A stretch of DNA of 64,000 nt, from IMG/VR virus record IMGVR_UViG_3300004369_000643, positions 38,595-102,594 of that record; one strand, written 5' to 3'. Below, piece by piece: positions 19,401 through 26,610 of the stretch (position 1 is the stretch's first letter; each line of letters opens with the position of its first letter). The translations under genes and the position numbers were made by a program. The notes under the pieces are model-generated. The model saw only the letters and a program-made list of their open reading frames with translations, did no database searches and was not told where the DNA came from. This stretch comes from a virus.

Positions 19401-21783
19401 TATTCGTATCGCTGCTGATGAGGTAGCGGCTGCTGTCGATGCTAATCCTAGTTTGTCTGATAGGTGGCGTAATGTCGCTAAATGGAATTTCTTGAAGGCT
19501 CGTCGTATGCGTCAGCAGAAACGTGAACAGAAAATTCGTGAGATTGCAGAAAGACGTTATGCTAATCGGCGTTCACCTTGGAATATAGGCGGATTAGATG
19601 GCTTAAGCAACATGTCTGATTCACAGGTTAGGGCACGGATTAGAGATACATATTTGGTTGGAAGTTCGACTGATACTGGTACGGTAACAATTAATGGTGA
19701 AGTTTTTACAAAGCGTATAACTCCAACTAACTCAAGGATCGAAGTTAATCGTTCGGCTAATGGTAGAATTTACAAAATAGATTTCAGCGCACATATGAAG
19801 TTTGAGTTAGTAGATTCTAACGGGAATGTAGTCAAGAGTGAGACTCACCGATCAGCAGAGGGTTGGACTAGAGGTAGAATAGAGAGAAGCATTACTTATG
19901 ATAGTAACGGTGTTGGCACTGTTGAACACAAGTTTTTAGGTCTTGATAGGGTCATGTCTTATAATGGGCAGGACGTTCCGTTTAAAGGCGGGGGATATAC
20001 TGACGAGTTGTTTAATAACAACTTGCTTTTCTACAGAAACATGGGTATAGAAAAGGTTAGCGTTTCTGCTGCTAGCGATGGTAACATTGTTTGGCCTCGT
20101 ATTGGATTTAGAGAATACGACGGGAACAAAATCAAACGACTTAACACTAAAATGCTTGTAGTTTTAGAAGACTATAGGGGTTATAAGAGGGCTAAAGAAA
20201 CAGGAGTTCCGCCAACAGCAGAGCAAATTGCGGCTAAAGCCCTCGTTCAAGATGACGTTAGGATGGCAAGATTAGATGCCATGTTGGAGCCACATAGGCT
20301 CAACCCGCAAGACGTTGATGCTCTGCCGGGGTACCACGATTTCTTATTGGCTCTTGACGGTGAAAATCGTAGAAACTCTGTAGCCTTCCAGTTACTTAGA
20401 GGAAGTAACCGAAATTTGCGCCTTGCTAAAGGCGGAGAAGGGATCTCTGGATTAGATGAGGGTATGCTTGATGAGTTGTTTGCAGATGATCCCGATTTGG
20501 AGAATAGAGAAATTGCTAATCCGTTTGGGGGTATGAACTTTAGTAGTGGTGTTTGGGATATTAGCGATATTTTGGGTGATGCTGGTGGTGATCCTCGTCG
20601 GGTTAACAGTAATTTAATTGATCCATATGATGGCCCTGTTGATTCTGCTGTAAGCGCCCCTCGTCAAACGGTTGGCCCACTTTCACAGAAGATGAATCCA
20701 GAAGTTGGTAGAGACGTTCAACGCCCAGTTAATGGTGTTCCTGTAGGAACAAACAATATTAGCAATTCAAATGATGCTGTAGATTATTTGAATGGTGGTG
20801 GAGATGTTTCTGGGGTTCCTGACGAATTTGTAAATCAGGCGATTATAGGTTTGTCTGATTTACTTTCTGACGCTAATCGTTTAGGCGATATAAGGTTTAG
20901 AAACATTAAACCTAGCGATGCTAACGGCATTAATGACGGTTTAGATTTTAATGGTGCACAAATTTTAGAAGACACAGTAACTGGTCAAGTTTTTGTAATC
21001 AAGTACAATCAGGGTCGGGGTTACGGTCATGATGAGGCTGCAAACGAACTTGTTGGTCGTGCCATCATGATTCGTATGGGCTTCGCTCAAGGCCAAGTCA
21101 GACTTGATGGGCCGGGCGATCCGAATGAAAGCCGACCTGCACGTGGTTTGGTTGGTGAAGCGTTGCATAACTATCTGCCTGAAGGAGTTAACCGTTCAGA
21201 TATAAGTATGGGTAATAGTGGGGCGGACATATATCTTAATGATGCTGCCGAGTTGGACGATATGACACACCTTATGCTGGGAGATGCTTTACTTTTCAAT
21301 ACCGATAGACATTCCAAAAACTGGCTGCAGTACACTGATCCGAATACTGGTAAAATTAGAATTGTACCAATTGACATGGGTCTAGGTTTACGAGGCAGAT
21401 CCGCAAATGGTGATGATTTAAGGGCTGAAGGGCTAGACGCTCCTAACCAAATTGCCAAGTGGGCATTGTCAGGCAAGGGCGGCAGTCATAGTCTTAATGG
21501 TGTTCAGAAAGCACTTAAGATGCTTGCTACAGATGCGGATAAAAGGCGAGAAATTGCAGCATCGTTTGATCGTGCAATAGCAAGAATGCGTGCTGCTCAC
21601 CAGCAAGAAGACATTACTGGTGTATTGGAGACCATTGGGCGTGAACATGGGAATTTGGATAGCGATGGGTGGAAGCGAGCGCAGGCCATGTTTTTAGAAA
21701 GATATGGATGGTTAATGGAATCATCTGTTAATGGGGATCAACTTGTCAGATTGATTATAGACGCAAGGCCACCGAGATCATAA
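13393..21783 (+). CDS. Giant (2796 aa) polyvalent head-associated protein with GNAT-like and C-terminal HipA/PI3-PI4-kinase-like domains
   Basis: Kinase motifs FVIKY..AANELVG, GDALLFNTDRHSKNWL, IVPIDMG; GNAT-like KGGGYTDELF...YRNMGIEKVSVSA..DGNIVWPRIGF; internal repeats. Confidence 0.75.
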   Translation: MTIEFKAPEIGPNADALTSLTRGRGPRRGNLEDLLKYWRPIMKKPGGFRRCVVILMDKPQFGGKPQRICAWLHHELTGKWPNEGKGKKGSRSRKKRRGRSVTRRVRSAGKKSLMGMSPLTEVTSLRMAIRESREFGGILVQPIAGRQNAVEMKAAMFLRHSESLPLFAGNDVKRVGTVGSSSGLGQAAQAAGSIILPGDLSDIRSPIRSQIYETLTPGGGGSIRRPSARRLLRGTGRGARNKFRCPPGFEKGGTFTNSEFSTCGAQILGIASSGPGSPTAEANNRLSRLANTAGLVNEIGDLRKNTNAVDIIRAAQIPAAPKKGSPTRAQTSIDLVLSRYTEEDFPTKVVRRDGVILEPVVSVEALGRLNEFDDMADGSLIEKYEAGQIGAATVPAFSAGLRNVFVSVPDAGAVKISRVGGEISDQERAGLLRSFSAGISRSADLPDPSAAVRSWADGSDGRFTVEFGAITDNGFSVQDDKNELIMVSTAGGKSQTVPRWVYETFLSRSAPRRAKDAPIFEIVSDESPLEKSVSPFYFSKKSVTPTSDLSDVLDAQDYYLSINSKVKAFSYLTEVEVKAPRRGGLGRRLGRGGRAVGGRSRAVFDGASGRYRCPPGTRYGGRFSDQFGRNCGYSLPRGVVNNLVDFGMRVEDAMERRRTRRGVDTTPGDGRTNLKPETVTLFDDAIGRVEAATGDLSRVFEKTEGAQGGTLGRTIGEARRDVDLTPEERELLEGEALADALENLRDVLNNEDLNNANIDEIRKAYKAVEKAANIEAGRLTDNPPRTPDQRTLSQKILDFLKEVLFRLLGIWNEDDERRRIGGGVDTRPGDGDADVPGSRPRVPGGGQSRPRIPVDNDQGRPRIPLDNDQRRPRIPLSLDDAVRSDSDDRDSLEAILNEFRDRAEEYEVAGGGMTADFVESLDDKDLDRYTQAFEDAARLLADDPAFDDINDALNRLRGERDRRDRQRSLVNADLRERFDLDSEDGLADAIEHFEDLADEYEAADIMTADFFERLNDDEIAFFQDVFDRAIDNIGDNEDGAFDAIARRLEDERSRRDQLNREDFSKEDYNLVLKEMNAHMKRFEVAGGGMTADFFDAVSDDDLIKYRRAVRDGLDADAFDGENREALQELLGRMDGEFDRRFKGPGKRPRIESEENKIEDKFTLDGDADLAAAIKEWERRAADFEVTGGGMTQDLVESLSNEELIFFEDAHIRLKERMGEFDSFDPADLDEIINRLRGERERRGFNSWGQGSEPDQRSLINVNNRFPRNGLPNRAYWRDDNYDGDDAAELDRRFGRYYDGNNMLNDRGRSVNRRLGRDSDSNAPDVAPDGDSPDDPDNLSRFSDDELRALLADDNAELPFNIQRISDDDLRRIEQIGDEFGSSEEITATNGIFRRPLNNVRIVAEEVNRGLNGERDPNRLGAGTPDASRPDIPSPLSDNNFNSGRRLRQPIRAIDDADDNQLNNLRGAMQREFANSYNEWVAELGIAGVASEDVSFTRIKEYIDGIQDVDRRRLLEMRLADLRELNEGVRKLNQGDDTREVLRDHLGRISVVRRASVMNLIDNDDANVPNVPDEPFVESLIPSDNPLEGRRRVRDAGLKYDQEGNSFLANMDFNDLGQLFDDIKAAEIDGEVLAPRFRDTVRAEYNFRLRTNDGDYDALVARLEGMSDESLEEMATRDIDFRVIRLRGGNDNGSPPSRAALAQADRLIEAKERRERNLRERIPTGTIDVPEDGSIRDRVGAVLGEGAVDMDDRAAEAFLRSLSFEEFTRLLERKMNMMPAFDDIDDEDYIVLSQIGQRITREKDRREHVRRFQLDVPISQRSNEALDKYETYFNELLGRLPDGNANFERVRDEIRREKRARIFAQSPSVIDLEDEGSSLVDAFVPDAPGSGDIEDLEKFFANRALHDVMSTRDMLRVRDRIQNSPNLTQDESTALLRTWDDRMRNRGLNFERNLPIDQRSADALQRHIDFLNTRMEIRDADGNRDIAVVQAYENAISLLSKQRDIRIAADEVAAAVDANPSLSDRWRNVAKWNFLKARRMRQQKREQKIREIAERRYANRRSPWNIGGLDGLSNMSDSQVRARIRDTYLVGSSTDTGTVTINGEVFTKRITPTNSRIEVNRSANGRIYKIDFSAHMKFELVDSNGNVVKSETHRSAEGWTRGRIERSITYDSNGVGTVEHKFLGLDRVMSYNGQDVPFKGGGYTDELFNNNLLFYRNMGIEKVSVSAASDGNIVWPRIGFREYDGNKIKRLNTKMLVVLEDYRGYKRAKETGVPPTAEQIAAKALVQDDVRMARLDAMLEPHRLNPQDVDALPGYHDFLLALDGENRRNSVAFQLLRGSNRNLRLAKGGEGISGLDEGMLDELFADDPDLENREIANPFGGMNFSSGVWDISDILGDAGGDPRRVNSNLIDPYDGPVDSAVSAPRQTVGPLSQKMNPEVGRDVQRPVNGVPVGTNNISNSNDAVDYLNGGGDVSGVPDEFVNQAIIGLSDLLSDANRLGDIRFRNIKPSDANGINDGLDFNGAQILEDTVTGQVFVIKYNQGRGYGHDEAANELVGRAIMIRMGFAQGQVRLDGPGDPNESRPARGLVGEALHNYLPEGVNRSDISMGNSGADIYLNDAAELDDMTHLMLGDALLFNTDRHSKNWLQYTDPNTGKIRIVPIDMGLGLRGRSANGDDLRAEGLDAPNQIAKWALSGKGGSHSLNGVQKALKMLATDADKRREIAASFDRAIARMRAAHQQEDITGVLETIGREHGNLDSDGWKRAQAMFLERYGWLMESSVNGDQLVRLIIDARPPRS

Positions 21784-21785
21784 TT

Positions 21786-21820
21786 TTGCTATTTTTGTAA
21801 GATTGGGGTAGACTAGGGAC
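21786..21820 (+). promoter_or_regulatory. sigma70-type promoter, leaderless
   Basis: TTGCTA(21786)-17-TAGACT(21809)-6-ATG(21821). Confidence 0.65.
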
Positions 21821-22054
21821 ATGAAAAAATTTGAATTTTATGACATACAGGGAAAACTTGCAGGTATCGTTACTGAAAACGAAGATGGTTTAGTTGCTGA
21901 AAGTGCTGGTGACCCAGAGTTTAAAGAGTTTATTGAAGGGATGGCTGAGTTAGAGGAGGCCAAAACTGTACGTGAAGTAGTTAAGTCAGGTTTTTCGTAC
22001 ATGAGTATTGTGGAAGTACCAGTAACTGATGCGCCCACTGGAGAAGCATTATGA
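21821..22054 (+). CDS. Small acidic hypothetical protein (candidate immunity/antitoxin)
   Basis: 77 aa with its own promoter, immediately after the kinase domain; the role is inference. Confidence 0.6.
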   Translation: MKKFEFYDIQGKLAGIVTENEDGLVAESAGDPEFKEFIEGMAELEEAKTVREVVKSGFSYMSIVEVPVTDAPTGEAL

Positions 22055-22656
22055 AATATTACATTCTGACTAATAATGCTACCATGCTATTGAGGGTTGC
22101 TGCCCCTAACTCTGGAGAGTTCATTGTTAAGCGTGGCTATGAAAAAGATGCAGACGCCGTTAAACTAGAGTTAGATGTTAGGGCTACGAATAATCCTGAT
22201 GTTGATGTGTATGCGCCCACGATGATTAGGAAACGGTTCCCTAACACTATTGAGGTTGATTCAGCAAAGTTTGAAGATGCTATTAAAAAGGTAGAACAGT
22301 TTAATGCCGAGTACGACGATAATGTTGCTGAGTTAGAAGCCATGTCTCTAGAGGATTTAAAAACATATATTTCTACGGCTCCTGCACGAATGCCAAAGTT
22401 AATCAACTACGCTCAAATAAATAAGTTGTGGCAAGTTTTGTATTCGACTAGTGAGTCAGGCTTTATGTCTATTGAAGAGGGCGAACGTAACGATGATGAG
22501 GTTAAGGAAGATATTCATGCTTTGTACACCATTATTAAAGATGCAGAAATTACAAACGATAATACTATGATTAAGAATGTTTTAAAGTTGGGGGAGAATA
22601 TCACCCCGGAGGCTTTAGGTATTAGTTTTGTGGAGGAGCCAACTGATAATGGCTAA
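22051..22656 (+). CDS. Hypothetical protein (candidate immunity/accessory)
   Basis: 201 aa, coupled to the upstream ORF by ATGA overlap. Confidence 0.6.
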   Translation: MKYYILTNNATMLLRVAAPNSGEFIVKRGYEKDADAVKLELDVRATNNPDVDVYAPTMIRKRFPNTIEVDSAKFEDAIKKVEQFNAEYDDNVAELEAMSLEDLKTYISTAPARMPKLINYAQINKLWQVLYSTSESGFMSIEEGERNDDEVKEDIHALYTIIKDAEITNDNTMIKNVLKLGENITPEALGISFVEEPTDNG

Positions 22657-24163
22657 AGATCCACTTGCTGACCAGACTGTACCTACAAGAGAAATGGCTG
22701 AAAACCTTTCTAAAATTTTAGGTTGTTCGGGCGCTCACCGTGTTGGTGATGACGCTTGGGGGCCTTGCGAGTCTGCTGAAGATTTGCAGCAACTGATCAA
22801 GTTGGGTAATCCTGCATTCAGGGAGTGGAAAGAACAGCAAGGTAAGAAAAACGGCAGTAGGGAGATGCTTCGCTTGAAGGCGGCTAAAGGTAAAAGTGTT
22901 TTTTCTTCTAGGTCTGAAGCAGAGATGGCGGCTATCCGTTTAGGTTGTTCTGGCGCTCATCAAACTTCTCAGGGTAAGTGGGCACCTTGTGGTACACCTG
23001 AAGAGCATAATGCTGTTCATGGTAATGGTGCTAATGGTTCGGCTAGGGTTATCCGTGCTCAACGACCTGCCCGTAGAGTAGTGACCAATGAACGTCGATG
23101 GGAAAATCTCCGTGAACGTGGCCCTCGTGGTATTGAGACACTTCCCGGTGGCGGGCTAGTTTCAGGTAAGGCTGGTGTTTCAGATTCGTTCAAGCCCACT
23201 TCCGGTATGATTTCGGAAGCCAAAAAGGGTTTAGAGTGGCGTAAAGAGTTTGGGCGTGGCGGTACGATGGTAGGGGTTGCCCGTGCTAGAGATATCGCTA
23301 ATGGAAAGAATCTGCCTTACAGAACAGTTAAGAGAGTTAAAGCATTTTTTGATAGGCACCAGAGCGATTCTAAGGCTGAAGGCTACCGTCCGGGTGAAAA
23401 AGGTTTCCCTTCTAATGGTCGAATTGCTTGGGCATTGTGGGGCGGAGATGCTGGATACACTTGGGCGAAGTCAATTGTTCGCCGTGTAGAAGGCGGGGAA
23501 AAGGCTAATTTTGACACTATCGAAGAGAAACGTTTCTATACCGATAAACGTCGCCAAGAGTATGCCAAACGAGGTTGGGCATTACCTGACGGCTCTTACC
23601 CAATTAGAGATGTTGGTGATTTGCGGAATGCAATACAAGCCTATGGTTTAGGTAAAAATAGGGAAGCGGCCAAGCGCCATATCATGAAGCGTGCCCGTGC
23701 TCTAGGTAAGACTGATTTGATTCCAGATAACTGGAAGGTGCGTGGAAAGGCTGCTAGACGTTACGGCCCTAATGATCCTAAAACTCCTGCTAAGCCGTCA
23801 GAGCGGATAACCGGTTCAAGTAGAAATAAGCCGGGGTCTGCTTCAAATACTCGTGGTAAGATTGAGTTATCGGTGGCAGTAGAGAAGTCTCTAAAAGAGA
23901 AGGTCAAGGAACACAACGAGAAGATGGAGAAACGTAATAAAGATAGCCGTAAGGTTACTTTAGGTATGCTTAAGTCTGTTTGGCGTAGAGGTGCTGGTGC
24001 ATTCTCCCAGACGCATCGCCCCAAGATGACTAGACAGCAGTGGGCTATGGGTCGTGTCAATGCTTTCCTTAAGTTAACGTCTAGCGGAAAGCCATCAAAT
24101 CCTAAGTACACAACCGATAACGATTTGCTTCCTAAAGGTCATCCACGGTCTACCCGTAAGTAG
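22649..24163 (+). CDS. Basic modular head-associated protein (DUF3721-like x2, DUF6582-like, DUF5824-like modules)
   Basis: LGCSGAH...W.PC x2; GGTMVGVARARDI...IAWALWGG; ALPDGSYPI..NAIQAYG; VWRRGAGAF...QQWAMGRVNAF; SD GGAGGA before ATG 22649. Confidence 0.65.
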   Translation: MAKDPLADQTVPTREMAENLSKILGCSGAHRVGDDAWGPCESAEDLQQLIKLGNPAFREWKEQQGKKNGSREMLRLKAAKGKSVFSSRSEAEMAAIRLGCSGAHQTSQGKWAPCGTPEEHNAVHGNGANGSARVIRAQRPARRVVTNERRWENLRERGPRGIETLPGGGLVSGKAGVSDSFKPTSGMISEAKKGLEWRKEFGRGGTMVGVARARDIANGKNLPYRTVKRVKAFFDRHQSDSKAEGYRPGEKGFPSNGRIAWALWGGDAGYTWAKSIVRRVEGGEKANFDTIEEKRFYTDKRRQEYAKRGWALPDGSYPIRDVGDLRNAIQAYGLGKNREAAKRHIMKRARALGKTDLIPDNWKVRGKAARRYGPNDPKTPAKPSERITGSSRNKPGSASNTRGKIELSVAVEKSLKEKVKEHNEKMEKRNKDSRKVTLGMLKSVWRRGAGAFSQTHRPKMTRQQWAMGRVNAFLKLTSSGKPSNPKYTTDNDLLPKGHPRSTRK

Positions 24164-24351
24164 TATCGCTGGATTTGAGTTTAGGCTATACGCTAGAATA
24201 GTAGTATTGCCTGTTGCAAGAGAATATTGGGAAAGTTCCCGTGAACCCCTTTACGTAGGTGATAGCATAATACTTGACTGGTGTCACCAGATTGTTGGGT
24301 CGCCTGTCATTAAAGTAAACATGTTAAACTCAAACCTTAAGGAGACTAAAC

Positions 24352-25638
24352 ATGAGTTTTGATGAAAGCCGACTCAACGAACTGAAGTCTGCTCTTACCG
24401 CTAAGATGGATGAGCAGAAGCAGATCGCTGATTCGATGCAATTTGAGGGCACAACCCTCATCGCTGATGACGAGAAGAAGTCAGCATTCCAGAATAACAT
24501 GACCCAAATTCGTGAGATTAAGGGTCTTATTGACGACATGAGCACACTTCGTGACGTGGCGGCTTGGTCTTCAGAGGCCGAATACAAGTCAGTTGCTGCC
24601 GAGGTTGCTGCTGGCGTTGAGGCAGAGGTTTCTCGCCACCGTTCAGTCGGTGACGCTTTCCTCGCTTCGGATGAGTTCAAGTCACTTCAGGGCGGCAAGG
24701 CTGGCGTAAACATGCCTTCACCGTTCATGGCGAAGTCACTTCAGCAGAAAGACCTTTACTCAGGTCTTCCTACTGGAACTCCTAGCGCCTTCGGTGCTAT
24801 TGAGCGTGACGGTATTGTTCCGATTGCTCAGCGCCGCAGCCGTGTACGTGACCTTTTCCCGGCACGTACCACTAACTCAGCAGTGGTTGAGTACTTCCGT
24901 CAGACCGGCTTCACAAACAACGCTTCAGTTGTTCCTGAGTACTCCTCAGGCAACTTTGGTGCGAAGCCTCAGTCAACAATGACTTTCGTGGGTGAGCAGG
25001 CTCCTGTTCGCACGATTGCTCACTGGGAAGCCGCTCACCGCAACGTTCTCGCTGACGAGCCGCAATTGCGTTCGATCATCGACAACGAACTGTTGTACGG
25101 TCTTCGTCTGACCGAGGATGCTCAGATTCTTTCAGGTGCTGGCACCGGCGAGGATCTCACTGGTATCCTTAACACTTCAGGCATTCAGACCTACTCATGG
25201 TCAGCAGGCGCAACTACGCCTGTTGCTGACACCAAGGCGGACGCTCTCCGTCGTGCGGCCACGTTGGCATACCTCGCCTACTACGAGCCGACCGGCATCA
25301 TCGTTCACCCTGCAGACTGGGAAGACATCGAACTCACCAAGAACTCACAGGGCACGTATCTTCTTGCCATGTCTGTTGCTGGTGGTGCAGAGTCACGTGT
25401 CTGGCGGATTCCCGTCATTGACACTCCTGCCATCACTGAGGGCGTTGCTCTCGTCGGTGCGTTCGGTACTGGCGCTCAGTTGTATGACCGTGAGGCTGCT
25501 TCAATCCGTATTTCGGAACAGCACTCAGACTTCTTCGTTCGCAACGCCATCGTGGTGCTTGCTGAAGAGCGTCTTGCCCTCGCAGTCAAGCGTCCAGAGG
25601 CGTTCGTGAAGGTCACCTTCGACGCCGCTCCTTCCTGA
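24352..25638 (+). CDS. Major capsid protein, HK97 fold with N-terminal delta domain
   Basis: AKPQSTMTF; TIAHW; LRSIIDNELLYGL; EDAQILSG.G; GILN; NAIVVLAEERLALAVKRPEAF; SD AAGGAG; strongly biased codon usage. Confidence 0.95.
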   Translation: MSFDESRLNELKSALTAKMDEQKQIADSMQFEGTTLIADDEKKSAFQNNMTQIREIKGLIDDMSTLRDVAAWSSEAEYKSVAAEVAAGVEAEVSRHRSVGDAFLASDEFKSLQGGKAGVNMPSPFMAKSLQQKDLYSGLPTGTPSAFGAIERDGIVPIAQRRSRVRDLFPARTTNSAVVEYFRQTGFTNNASVVPEYSSGNFGAKPQSTMTFVGEQAPVRTIAHWEAAHRNVLADEPQLRSIIDNELLYGLRLTEDAQILSGAGTGEDLTGILNTSGIQTYSWSAGATTPVADTKADALRRAATLAYLAYYEPTGIIVHPADWEDIELTKNSQGTYLLAMSVAGGAESRVWRIPVIDTPAITEGVALVGAFGTGAQLYDREAASIRISEQHSDFFVRNAIVVLAEERLALAVKRPEAFVKVTFDAAPS

Positions 25639-25683
25639 TCCTAGCGATTAGATGAGTGGTCGCTGAAATTTAGCGACTAGTTT

Positions 25684-25715
25684 AAAGGCCCCCCGGCTTC
25701 GGCTGGGGGGCTTTT
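25684..25715 (+). terminator. Rho-independent terminator after capsid
   Basis: GCCCCCCGGC-TTCG-GCTGGGGGGC followed by TTTT. Confidence 0.85.
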
Positions 25716-25728
25716 GCTATAATAAGGT

Positions 25729-26466
25729 ATGCCCATATTTGAAGAAGACTCAAATCTGCCGATACCTACATGGACGCTGGATGAAGTAGTCATTCTTGAG
25801 TCGATTGATGATTTTTATTCTGCGGGCATTATCAACATGCTTCAGTTCTTGGTTGCTGAAGAGGGTGCTGTTTTAGATGAAACAATCGACTTGACTTTGG
25901 TTATGCACTCAGTTGTCAATATTCATAATGATAAATATTCTTTTGAGCAGACTGATATTTTGTTAGCGCTGGCTAGCGAGTTTTGTTTAATTGATTCTGT
26001 TTATGATCGTCAAGTTCTAGGTGGTGTTGAGTTGTTAGACAACGCTGTCTTGTATTTGGCTATTCATGGGGAAGCGGACTACGCCTTAGAGGCCGCTGTG
26101 TGCCTTAGTAACAATAGTAAATCAATTATGCAAGTTTCTGCGGTCATGCCGTCTCTTTCTCTTTTTGGGCACTGGGAGGAATTTGCCGCCACTATTATTC
26201 ATTGTATGTTGACACACCACACTACATGTAGTAAAATGTCTATACTGTACTCTGCAATAGAGACTTTAGATGTAGGGGTTGACAGCGAAGTAGACTTTGT
26301 AGATTATATTAGAAAGTTGTGTGCGGTCAATTTGCTCTCTCTGGAAATGCCAAAATCATCTGATGACGAGGCATCAGTCCAATTAAATGTTCAAGCGGCT
26401 GGGTTGTTTCTGCTGTTTTCAAACAGAGTAGAGTTGGCTAAAAACTTAGCCGACCTGACAGTTTGA
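25729..26466 (+). CDS. Hypothetical protein
   Basis: 245 aa ORF behind extended -10 TGcTATAAT(25718), leaderless. Confidence 0.6.
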   Translation: MPIFEEDSNLPIPTWTLDEVVILESIDDFYSAGIINMLQFLVAEEGAVLDETIDLTLVMHSVVNIHNDKYSFEQTDILLALASEFCLIDSVYDRQVLGGVELLDNAVLYLAIHGEADYALEAAVCLSNNSKSIMQVSAVMPSLSLFGHWEEFAATIIHCMLTHHTTCSKMSILYSAIETLDVGVDSEVDFVDYIRKLCAVNLLSLEMPKSSDDEASVQLNVQAAGLFLLFSNRVELAKNLADLTV

Positions 26467-26491
26467 CATTATACCACGTTCGTGGTAGTAT
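26463..26491 (+). promoter_or_regulatory. sigma70-type promoter for RNR
   Basis: TTGACA(26463)-17-TAGTAT(26486). Confidence 0.7.
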
Positions 26492-26610
26492 TGTCCTACA
26501 AGTTTTCTTAACTCTCACAACGACTTGACGATTTGGTGACGTTGCGAGCAGTTAGAATAGTAAAACCATCATTTTTAAAACACACGTTCACAACCATAGG
26601 AGGATATAAA

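Noticed and set aside
25620-25683. Capsid C-terminal readthrough or frameshift extension
   Set aside because: TGA is followed two codons later by TAG and then a terminator; there is no long alternate frame.
26492-26610. Cobalamin riboswitch in the nrdJ leader
   Set aside because: A hairpin exists (TAACT-CTCACAACG...CGTTGCGAG-CAGTTA), but the leader is short and I see no B12-box or GGGAA/T-loop consensus.
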